Part shown: positions 40,128-50,052 of the stretch, piece by piece
How positions within the stretch are numbered: position 1 is the stretch's first letter
How the letters are laid out: each line of letters opens with the position of its first letter
Assembly: GCA_010015805.1 (NCBI GenBank)
Contig: ML978123.1
Coordinates: 2,790,001 to 2,854,000, forward strand
Length of the DNA: 64,000 nucleotides
Reading direction: 5' to 3'
From: Rhizodiscina lignyota
Taxonomy: Eukaryota
Program-made: the position numbers and the translations under genes
The notes under the pieces: model-generated
Databases searched by the model: none
What the model saw: only the letters and a program-made list of their open reading frames with translations
What the model was told of the DNA's origin: nothing

Positions 40128-41045
40128 TCAATCGTCCCCAACCACGCGCCAACCCACCGCCACACGATATCCGTTGTCCGTCGGAATCGCGGCGCGTGCA
40201 TTCCGACCCAAAGTCTCCTTCACCGGGCACTTCTTGCTGCCCTTCTTCTTCTTCTCTCCGCCGCCGGGAACCTCCCCCTTCTCCATCTTCTCCGCCTCCG
40301 CCAACTCTCCAACCGCCAGGTTCTCCTCCTCCCCCTTGCCAAACACCACGTCCTTGCCGGTGATGGCCTTGATGAGGTCGCTCTTGAGAGAGCTCTCCAT
40401 CGGCCCTCGAATCTCCGCGCGATCGGCCTTCAGCCCCTTGAGAGCGCCCACCACGGCTTTCTCGGACTTGTGGACCTTGAGCTCGAGGGCATCAAGGTCG
40501 ATGTCTTTCTTGTCGCGACCGCGGGCGAACTTGTGGAGTTCCCTGTTCAGAGGCACCGTACTCGGACGGCCCTCCTCCACAGGCAACTCCGAGGCTGAGA
40601 CCGGGTTGATGAGGACGTGGTTGTTCCTCGTGAACAGGTAGCGACCTGTCACCGCAATTCGGACTTCCTTGAGTGGCATGCGAGCCATGATTCCGAGCGA
40701 AACGGTCAAGGAGTCGTCGATTTCGTCGGTGAGCTGCTCCTCCTGCAGCTCGAGGAACACCTTGCGGATGTTCGGGAGGTACTTCTTCCTCCACGCCTTC
40801 ATCGCCGTAAGCTTGCGAAGCTTACACGGGCCATCTGCTCCAGCGACGTGGAGCGTGTCGGCAGGCGCGGCTGCCGGCAGCTCGACCTTCTTGCGCTTCG
40901 TTGCTCTTGGGGGTGGAGCGGGTGCCGGTGCGACGGCGGGATCTTCTCTCTTCCGCTTGCGAGCGGCCTCAGGTGCTGGGTGGTCAAGCTTCTTTCGCTT
41001 GGCTGCCCCTGCAGCTGGTGCTGGTGCTGCTCGCTTTGCTGGCAT
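40128..41045 (-). CDS. Orphan basic, Lys/Ala/Pro-rich protein with several NLS-like motifs (~305 aa)
   Basis: ATG in caaaATG context after (CT)n and (ACC)n tracts. Strong G/C third-position bias. Motifs KRKK, RKRKR, KRKKV, KKKKGSKK. No family recognised. Confidence 0.75.
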   Translation of the reverse strand: MPAKRAAPAPAAGAAKRKKLDHPAPEAARKRKREDPAVAPAPAPPPRATKRKKVELPAAAPADTLHVAGADGPCKLRKLTAMKAWRKKYLPNIRKVFLELQEEQLTDEIDDSLTVSLGIMARMPLKEVRIAVTGRYLFTRNNHVLINPVSASELPVEEGRPSTVPLNRELHKFARGRDKKDIDLDALELKVHKSEKAVVGALKGLKADRAEIRGPMESSLKSDLIKAITGKDVVFGKGEEENLAVGELAEAEKMEKGEVPGGGEKKKKGSKKCPVKETLGRNARAAIPTDNGYRVAVGWRVVGDD

Positions 41046-41458
41046 TTTGATGATGCCGGTGGTGGTGGTGGTGGTGGTGGTGTGTGTGAGAGAGGGTGAG
41101 AGAGTGAGAGAGAGAAAGAGGGTGAGGTTGAAGGTTGAGGGTTGGTGGTGGAGGTTGGGTGTTGTGAGCTTGGAAGAATTCAAATGTGCGTCGAGGGTGG
41201 TGAAGTAAACAATGAGCGGCATCTGCCTTCGCTTACCTGCGAACTCGGAACTCAATAGCGGGTGTTGGCTATTCAATGTGTTACAGTTAAGCGAACACGG
41301 AAACGCGGGAAGAGCCGCTGAGCGCGGTCAGGGAGTGGATGTGTTATTGTTGTGGTAGAATAGGGGAATCGATCCTCAGCACTTGTTCGCGTTAAGGACG
41401 ATGAGATTACAACGAAAATACAACTGGTACTCAGGTTATGCTGGCTTTCCGTGAGCTG

Positions 41459-41573
41459 AGCTTGCTACCGCACCAGGATCGATGTTCAGCGCTTGCACGC
41501 CTTCCGGATGGCCAGCTTGCTACTACAGCAGGATCGATGTTCAGCGTCTGATCGCCCTCCGGAGGACCAGCTT
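41459..41573. repeat. Two-unit 55-bp tandem repeat
   Basis: agcttgctac...caggatcgatgttcagcg...cc-tccgga-g-ccagctt occurs twice; cores at 41474 and 41529. Confidence 0.75.
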
Positions 41574-44059
41574 TCGACGACAACGAAACCGATGCTCAAG
41601 GCTAACGCGCTCTTACAAAACGGAGCTTCCAACAATAATAAAATCAATGCTCAGCGCACACGCACTTCCAGGGAGATGAGATTCTGACATAAATAAAATG
41701 TACGATCTTCCAGTATCACCAGTTGTAACGTCACCGGTCGCGCGAGTGTGGTTTCGATCCCAGTCAATACAAGCCTTCAGGTCATTGCTCAATGGCGCCA
41801 GCGAGCCGAAACAGACTTCTCTTTCTGGTGCAACTATGTGATCCAAGCGGATTGAATAGAGATTCGATGAGAAGGTGACTCTGATGGGAGATCGAAGTAT
41901 GTTCTGCATTTCGTCCTAAAAAGCTCCGTTTGCCGGACAATGTCAGGAGGCGTCTCCACGAAGAGAGCCAATACGAGAGACATCATTGATTTAAAACTCA
42001 ATGAGAGAGTGATAGTAGAGTGATAGAAGCTTTAACAGCGTCTCAGTCTATAGAAAGAGCGGTCGTCTGGGTTTAGACATGCGAAGTTGCGTCTGAGAGA
42101 AGGACGAATAGACTGTTTGTACTCTAGGTGTCCATAGCAATGCATAAAAGAATATCGTCTTTAAGATATGGTGAATCAAAAGCCAGCAATAAAATTATCC
42201 CGCAATATGTAGCAAATTTGCAGTTGCATGCTTCACATGGCCGGATCTGAAGTCGATGGACGGGACGGCAGAAGCCGACCCTCAGCGTAAGAAGTCTTGG
42301 GGCTGAAATCTGTAGATGCTGGGCCTGGTAAGAATGGGCGACCGCCTTATCAAGATATTGAAATTAAATTCGAGTGGTATTCTCTTGCATTTTGTATTCA
42401 AATTCCAGAGAAACATGTGTGACAGCTGTGCGAGAGCCGTCAGTTCCGATTTCGTTGGGGTGCCCCCCTTTTTCGCAGGGATATAGCGTTGAGACCTCGC
42501 TCCGCTTTGACAAATATATACATTAATCAAATTTCAGTCGCCAACAATTTGGGCGTGTGGTTTAGGTAAAACCTCTGATACCTTTATTATTCGACCAACA
42601 AATTAATTCTCTACAGTGGTATAATACGTAAAAAACCCTGTTCAATCCTCGAGTTCAGCAAAATCTAACCTCAAAACAGCTCTTTAGCATAGAGGTGGTG
42701 TAAGTTTGCGCTCTAATCATGTCTAGTAATTTATTACTAACCATACTTACAGCCTGGGTGTATGTTCCCTTATCAATCCGATCATTTCAACTTCTAATAA
42801 TATCAACAGTCGATTCCCAGCACGTCCATCACATTTTTTTTTGACAAATTTTTTCCCTCACTACTCTTGCTTTATTTTACTAGAGTCGTCACCAAAGCTA
42901 TGAAGTGAGATATAATTCTAATTAAGGTCACTATGGTGACCAACTTTTGATCCTCGGCTGCATGTAGCAGCTTAATTTTCAACTTTCATATGCGTGGAGA
43001 GGCCGCTGATATCGATACAGAGAGCTGAATGGAGATTTATCATTCAAGCAGGCCTACTTCTAATCCCATTTTTGTTTATATACCTTATGTGCACACGGCC
43101 TCGGATGCAAAGGAGTTTGATTCAATGTCACGTGGCGTTGCTTAGTACCAATTATGTGCCACATCCAACACTTGCGATCCTGACCTCCATCAACCCGCCA
43201 CCAACTTTTCGCATCCAGAATGGGAACAAGCGCTTTGCGTTAAGTTACCGATTTCGTCATACAGCAATAGCGGCCTGTTCAACTCCGATCTCTCGCTGTT
43301 AAACCAATTCCAAGCACCTTTTTGAGCATGATCGACACGCCAACTCCGTCGCGCCTTGAACGCCACGCTTGCGTTGTGTTTCCTCAGATCCCCCAAATCC
43401 ACCAAGAAAAATTCGAAACTCCAAATTTCAATGTTGACATACATAGTGTACACAAGCAGTCCCAGCTCCAACGAATAGTGTCCCACGGAAAGGAGACAGT
43501 CAAACAAGTGCGAAATGGTGAGGGCTCATCTTAGCTTCCCCGCTGCTCGAGCGGGTACTAGTCTCCGGCACCGTGCGTGAAATCGCTAGAGGTGATGAGG
43601 TTTTGCCGGAGTAGTAAGTCGGTAGGTTGAGGTGGTGTATGATTGCTGTTGTGGCGTCTTGAAAATTCAAGCCCAGATGCTTTCTATCACGTGAGTTTAA
43701 TATCGATAAGAAATAGGGCTGTGTTCGCTTGGCAGGACTAGCAGGGTTGGACGTTGAGAAGGGGCTGGGGCTGGGGTTCATTACCTCAGCAACTTTCAGT
43801 TCCTCCTTCTTGACACGTTCCTGACGTCCACAACGCGTTTCGACGACCGTCACATCGCCGCCCCGTTCCTCGCCCTTCCCTCGATCTGTTAACCGCTATG
43901 AAGCTGATACGTTCTGGCGACGACTCTGAAACTTGCTCGTTTGCGTCGTTTGTGTCATTTGCTAAGGGACAGTGCCAGAGAAGAGCGCGGCGGCGGGGCG
44001 ATGGCAGTACTATATGGTCGAACAGGAAGAGACGTTCATATCTGGTCAAGAGACGGATG

Positions 44060-44287
44060 AAGCCAGACTCTGGAGCAGGAGGTTCTGAATGCTCGAGTCG
44101 GAAGCAGGATGTTCTGAATGCTTGAATCCGATGCAGAAGATTCTGGTGGATACCGGGTTCCGGAGCAGGATGTTCTGAACGCTTGAATCCAGAGCAGGAG
44201 AACAGGAAGGCTCTGATCGAATCCAGAATCTGGAGCAAGAGAGCAAGAGGGTTCTGATCGAATCCAGAATCCAGAGCAATTAGAAGC
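44060..44287. repeat. Minisatellite-like degenerate repeats (~30-nt and ~40-nt units)
   Basis: agcaggaKgttctgaaYgctYga occurs three times and tctgatcgaatccagaatc twice. Confidence 0.7.
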
Positions 44288-44619
44288 AAAGTCGGTAGCC
44301 TTTTTTTTTCCTTTTTCCCTTTTTCTTCTTTCTTTTTAAATAAAATATTTTCGAGAAAGTGATGGTTGCACTAAATCCCAGTTAGGCATTAACGGAAGGA
44401 AAGTCTTCCATCAGTAGCTCTTAGGCCTTTAGATACTCACTTACATTTAACACTCAGAGCTCTCCTTCTCCTTCTTCTTCTGAGGCTTTAGAGGGGCTAT
44501 ATTGACATGGCCATTAGATATGAATTCAACTCGTACCGACTACGAAGCAACCGGGCTGAAGTAGAAAACTCAAGTTGTGATACGACAAACTGAAAATTAA
44601 ACTCTCGAAAAGTGATCCT

Positions 44620-45130
44620 ATTACGAAAAGCTTATTTTATTCTTCCTCCTTCTATTCCTTTCCCTTCTCTTCGTCCTCCTTCTCCGCCCCCGCCTTCTAC
44701 TTTTCCTTCTTAGCTACGAAGGAGCTAGTTTCCTACAAGTGAATAGTATAGAGAGCTACTCTATTATAGTTACCTTTAGCACTTCTAAGAAGCTTCTATA
44801 TATTAGTAAGTTTGTATTCGAGGTTATTTAGAAGTAGTTTATTAAGCCTGTCTTAGAAGATTTACTTCTTATTATCCCGGAAAAAAGATACTATTATAAG
44901 TCTTATACCCTTACTAGACACGAGGTCCTTCGTATCGTCCCTACCCACTTAGCTATATAGGAGACTGTCGGCGGAGCGTGCGTCGGCGTAGCAGTAGTAG
45001 TAGCAGGGATTATAGGCGATTGTTAGGGGAAATGGAGCTCTAGTATACGTAAACATTCACTATGCTAATTCATATATAATTGACCAAGACTTATATAACG
45101 GACGACATTACGTCGCTCGCTTACTTACTA
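44620..45130 (-). pseudogene. AT-rich, RIP-like decayed coding or TE relic
   Basis: Visible excess of TA and scarcity of CA/TG dinucleotides. The minus strand retains coding-like tracts (PATTTATPTHAPPT; Glu/Lys-rich GAA/GAG/AAG run) broken by TAA/TAG stops. Confidence 0.55.
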
Positions 45131-45261
45131 ACATTAGGAATTGGGCAGAGGTCGCTATGGAAGATTTCCAATGAAGCTGTATTATTCAGAGACACAAGAT
45201 AGTGCTGTGGATTCTTAGATTCCCCAAGTCTCCTCTACAGCTTACTCACATTCACACCGAG
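45130..45261 (+). repeat. Direct repeat, left copy (upstream of the GIY-YIG gene)
   Basis: aacattaggaattgggcagaggtcgctatggaagattt...cacattcacaccgag aligns end to end with 49584-49717. Confidence 0.9.
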
Positions 45262-45534
45262 ACGTGTCTTGCCGGCTTAACGCAATGCTTCCTACACGGT
45301 ACAGCAGATTCTGTGGCCGACGTGGCTCGCCATTCACTTCGGCCTTCCGGGCCAGCGATGAGGCATCTAGCAGTCTGACAGCATTCCTGATCTCTATTTA
45401 TTCTGAAGTCTCCCTGGGAGGCTTGCTGTGCTTTCCTATTTCCTCTGCATCTTCCAGACGTGTTAGCTTTCTCCTGGAACTCTGAAATCTCGTTCATCAG
45501 CATCTTTGTCCTTCGGACTTTCTGATTCCCTATC

Positions 45535-48183
45535 ATGTCGACCACTACTGGTGGGCAGAGCACTGGGTCTGGGCCTCAATACCCGATTTCCTCGACATGC
45601 AGAATGAATGCAAGTCGCAAACTCCTAGCCGTCAAGCCGCAACAGGAGGTCACTCTTCATACAGGAGAAGTCGTGGTCGTGAAGACTGTCCAGAAGCTGG
45701 GCAAGGACACCGTCTATGGTGTCCGATTTGTACGACCGCACGTGAGGGGTCCGCAAGTGTGGGATGTCGTCCTCAAGCCCGATGAAATCACCCTCAGCGG
45801 CAAACGATTGGGAATCGACCTCCAAGTAACAGTCGAGGATGATGCCAGGTCTGCATTAGCACAATTGCAAATCTCAACCCAATTCAGCGCCCTCGGGAAC
45901 AGCAAACTCGGCCGAGCAGTCACAGGCGTGCTGAATGCCATCCAAGCAGGCTCCCAAGGTATACTCGACTTCCTTCCACAATCCTGGTATACGCACGCAG
46001 CACACGCTGGCGTGGCTGGGGCTAACCTTGACAACATTGCGAGCCAATTCCTCAGAGGGGTGGATCAGGCTGGACTGACACAGGTTCTGAATCAAGATAA
46101 CTTCACATGGGTAGACTTGTGCAAGAATGGAAGAGAGATCAATGCAGTCAAGGAGGAGGGCAATAAGGGCATCTACCTACGTTTCTACTTCAACGACAAG
46201 GTAAGTATCCGCTATATCCTCGAGGGTGACAAAAATATCGGCCGCATCTTCAAGACAATGGACAGCCGTGATGTACAGCCTCTACGTATAATCGAATACA
46301 ACATCCACACACATGTGGGCTGAGTCTCCACTCGCTCTACAACCGGTAAAGCATACAATTTTTTAATGGTACGTTGTTGTTACATACGCTCTCAAGGACA
46401 TCGAACTAAGCTTTCAGAGACAGTCCCGCTTATCTTGAAGTGCAAAACCTGCTTGGCATTTGGCGTTACAGCTTGCTAGGCAGACAGATAATTTGTCACC
46501 CTCGAGCCGCGCAGCGCGCCTGCGTGCTCGGCAGCAAAGCCCTGGCACGAATTTTGCTGACAGTTTGTGTCATCACCAGAACGATAAAGCTCTCACATAT
46601 GTTGGCGCAACCAACAATTTCTCTCGGCGATGGAAGCAACATGAAGACTGCCTCAGGGACAAAAATGACCACTCCAATCACTATCGAAAAGCGCGCCCGA
46701 GAAATGACCGCCACTCTATCGTCCTTTGTCGACTTGACGACCTCAAAGATCACGGGACGGACGCGACATTGCGTCACATATTCGAACAGCTTGCCCTGAT
46801 GCTACTGCAGTCCTACGACCCAGCTGTGTTAGCTATGAAAGACCGGCCAGAGGAGACTTCTGTCGACGATAACAACCCAATGGTGTCCATCATGAATGTT
46901 ATTGACGATAAGACAACAGCAGAAGCTTTTGATGAAACTGCAAAACAAGCCGCGATGAAGTCGCAATGGGTCGGCGGTTGCTACCGAAGCAGCTTCAAAG
47001 GCGTGGGGCTGAACTGGGCCAGCCCTCTCTCGGATCAGCTGAACTACGAGAAGACGATTTGGGTAAAACAGCAGCAACACATCGATGGGCTAGGCTTGGC
47101 TACGACATATCGACGAGGCTCTCCGTTTAGAGTGACACAACAGCAGGACGGGAACCAGTTGCTGTTGTTCCGCATGTCAAACGGTGGACGTACCATGGGG
47201 TGCACAGCTGGCCCGACAAAAGATGGCGTTCCTCCGGCTGGAACAATGGTCCAAGTTGTATGGGAAGTCGCTCCAGAAGGAGTGATTCATCCATATTCCT
47301 ATGCACGTCTACCCGCAGTGGGTGCATTCGAAGACTGGAAGCGTGCTATGTCTCTGGCTATTCGGCTCGAATGGAAGGACCTGGAGTCGGGATCCTGGCA
47401 GTATTACTACTGTCAGCGAACAAATGTTCTGGAACTGGAGAGACTAGATGCCCCTCACAAGAACAGGCATGGGGCATTGATTGGATACATGATCGCCACT
47501 GGAGTTCTTCGATTCCTCGAGCGCAGAGTACTGCCCGGAAACCCCCGAGCCGACGACTATGTTTTTGGACTTGCGCGAGTGAAAGAGGCTAAATACGATT
47601 TCTACAAGCAGACACTTACATTCTCCGCTGATCTACCTGCGTCTACGCAACTATGGAACAACAACCGACGGTCTCTGAATGACATCGTTAACGACATGAA
47701 GGCTCGGGGTCTCATGAACGTGAATGTACCGTTTGGCCAACAAACTGGCATGGTTGCTGGCCGCGCTCCAGGTAAGTACATGTTGCTCCTCTTTTGACAA
47801 TGGATATTGCTTCGCCGGTACTGACATATTTTCTCAGGTCAAGGTGGCCAAAAAAGACTCAAATGCGATACATGTTACCTTTCTCCGACTCAGCCACGAC
47901 CAGAGTGTAAGAAGTATGAGCAACCGGGGTTCAAGAATTGTATCAGGTATTTGATCACCGTCAGCGCATTCGCAAACACTAGAGACACTGGAGGCTCACG
48001 CAAAATAGATGTCAAGAGCTGTATGGTCGCCCATGCAGCTGGACTAGCAATTCTCTAATTGATGAGAATGGCGATAACGACTCTAAGGCCCGATATGCCG
48101 CACTCATATACCAGCCCATGATGTCCTCGTCTATTGGAGGCATGGAGGACCCCAACATTCAGATTTGGTCACCGCTTGCATGA
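45535..48183 (+). CDS. Predicted GIY-YIG nuclease-domain protein with C-terminal atypical Zn2Cys6-like cluster (~713 aa, 4 exons)
   Basis: Exons 45535-46200, 46580-47771, 47838-47946 and 48009-48183 total 2142 nt with canonical GT-AG joins. Spliced product has GIYLRFY...LTYVGATNNFSRRWKQH...IFEQ...GLNW and, near the C-terminus, CDTC-x10-C-x10-CIRC-x7-CSW. Confidence 0.8.
46219..46506. mobile_element. MITE-like element inside intron 1 of the GIY-YIG gene
   Basis: TIRs ctcgagggtgacaaaaatatc / gataatttgtcaccctcgag. The body's reverse complement aligns with the units at 38452, 38735 and 39190. Confidence 0.8.
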
Positions 48184-48203
48184 ATATGTGGTAGTGTGGC
48201 AAG

Positions 48204-48443
48204 ATGGTGACAAGTATTTTGGCCGCAGCTTTCAAGACACTGAACAGCATCAGTGTATAGCCTCTAGAGATCACATAGGGTACGGGATTTTCAACAGTTT
48301 GCTATTTATCAATGCACTCCAGAGAAGATATAACTGACCCTTCAGAGATAGTTTCGATTGCCCTGAGGTGTAAGAGCTATTAACCCTTGGGTGTTACGGC
48401 CTGGAGGCCCTGGCCAGCGACCAACTATTTCGTCACTCTCGAG
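48204..48443. mobile_element. MITE-like element immediately 3' of the GIY-YIG stop codon
   Basis: ggtgacaagtattttggccgcagctttcaagacactgaacagc...caactatttcgtcactctcgag is colinear with the 46219-46506 copy, in the same orientation. Confidence 0.72.
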
Positions 48444-49583
48444 TGACCACTCAAAGCAGCGCGTATCCTATGTTTTTCCCCCCTTAATTGTTCGATATGA
48501 ACACTGTTTTTTGCATGAAATGTACTCTCTCACTCTCTGGTTTCTGGGCTTGTTAGAAATCAATCTTCTGTCGCTCCTTTACGGTATGATGTTCCGATTT
48601 GTTTCATGGGTTTCTCATTACAAAGGATTTACGACCAAAATGCATCAATATGCAATGGGTACAGATGAAAACATAGTATCAAGTATATCAATAAAACCTG
48701 TTGATGTGTTATCAAGTCAATTGCCGAACGTCTTTACTTCTTGGAACCGAACTGGATTGCCTGAGTTGGAGCGAGCCCGGACCATGCGCCATTTCACCAA
48801 CGAGGTCCAACAGTAACAGTTGAACAGGCGAAGTTGCATAACGGTAGCGGGCCTTACTGCTGAGAGAGTCTTAACACAAAGCTAGTAATCATAACAGGCT
48901 TAAAGCATATTAAGTGCGATGCATGTTACGCTTGGTAGCGCCAATCATCTGTACTGCATAGAGGTCCCCACCACACGAAATCCAATCTGTCAATCAGAAT
49001 GCCGGTCTAATGCTCTGTCTATAAGTGGATGTATATATAGCGTCAGTGGTCAAGTTTGCAATTCTAAATGAATCTTATCGTAAATTAGAGTTGTGTCTAA
49101 TCGCCCTTCGGTAGCTCCTCTGCAGAAGCATCCTTGCGGGCAAACATGACTATCCGTTCGGAGTAGACTAGGGGACACGAGGTGCGACCAACAAATGCAC
49201 GACTGATATTCCCCGACGTTACGAGAGATCAAACATCGGATCGATGTAGCTTTTGTCGCCTCTAGCGCGTTGGCAGTAAGCATGCCCATTCGTCTTTAGC
49301 TAGTATCCGGCGAGCAAACGACACCAATAACGTCGCCCTTTTCCTGTAATAACGAGAAGCAAATCTTCTAAGGCAGGCCAGATAAGCCACTCCCCGACAG
49401 CCTCGATTCTCGAATGCAACTTCACACCGCTTAAAGGAAGCTTGTTACATAGAAGTGCCGGGCAAATTTAAATAGGGTGGCTCCGCAGAACTGTTCACCC
49501 GCTGGAACCGAGGTCATTGGTAGAGTTCACCCATCCATCATTCGAACCTGACGATTCGCGTGGTCCCAGTCTTCGAAGCCGCC

Positions 49584-49717
49584 AACGTTAGGAAGTGGAC
49601 AGAGGCCGCTATGGAAGATTTCAAATGAAGTTATATCATTCAGAAAATACAGGATAGTGCTATAGATTCTTAGATTCCCGAAACTCTCATCTACTGCTTA
49701 CTTACATTCACACCGAG
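49584..49717 (+). repeat. Direct repeat, right copy
   Basis: aacgttaggaagtggacagaggccgctatggaagattt...tacattcacaccgag; roughly 85% identical by eye to 45130-45261, with mostly transition differences. Confidence 0.9.
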
Positions 49718-50052
49718 CTTCTCGGCGGTGGTATGTAACAAAGCCTTCATTGCCATCCCCCGCTCAAACGCCGACATTATCTGTACTTACTGTAGAGACT
49801 GCACAACCAATTTAACATAGCTTGCATGCTGACCGCTATCTCACTCACTTTACGGGCTGGTCCACATTGCTCCGAACGGCCTTATAATTCAGTTTACGCC
49901 AAACAGAAGAGATTGATATTTTGGTCGGACTTGGGCTGTCTCAGAGAAACATCCTTACGGAGCACCAGAATCTTCAAATAAGGCCATTTTCTTACAGGAT
50001 TAATGATATGATTTGCTACAAACGCATACACTGTATTCATATAGTCTATTCA

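Noticed and set aside
39918..41208. Several long plus-strand ORFs
   Set aside because: Antisense shadows of the GC3-biased basic-protein gene.
41355..41420. tRNA-like fragment on the minus strand (ttaacgc loop, gaggatcgattcccc)
   Set aside because: No acceptor stem or D-arm could be built, and the T-loop is non-canonical.
42926..42941. Palindrome ggtcactatggtgacc as a Helitron 3' hairpin
   Set aside because: No CTRR terminus at the expected distance on either strand.
43190..44289. Chain of minus-strand ORFs as a gene
   Set aside because: Frames are discontinuous, partly made of minisatellite, and have no recognisable domain; may be a relic but unsupported.
38400..49800. Accessory island as a Starship or intact autonomous transposon
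   Set aside because: No tyrosine recombinase, DDE transposase, RT or Rep/helicase ORF detected.
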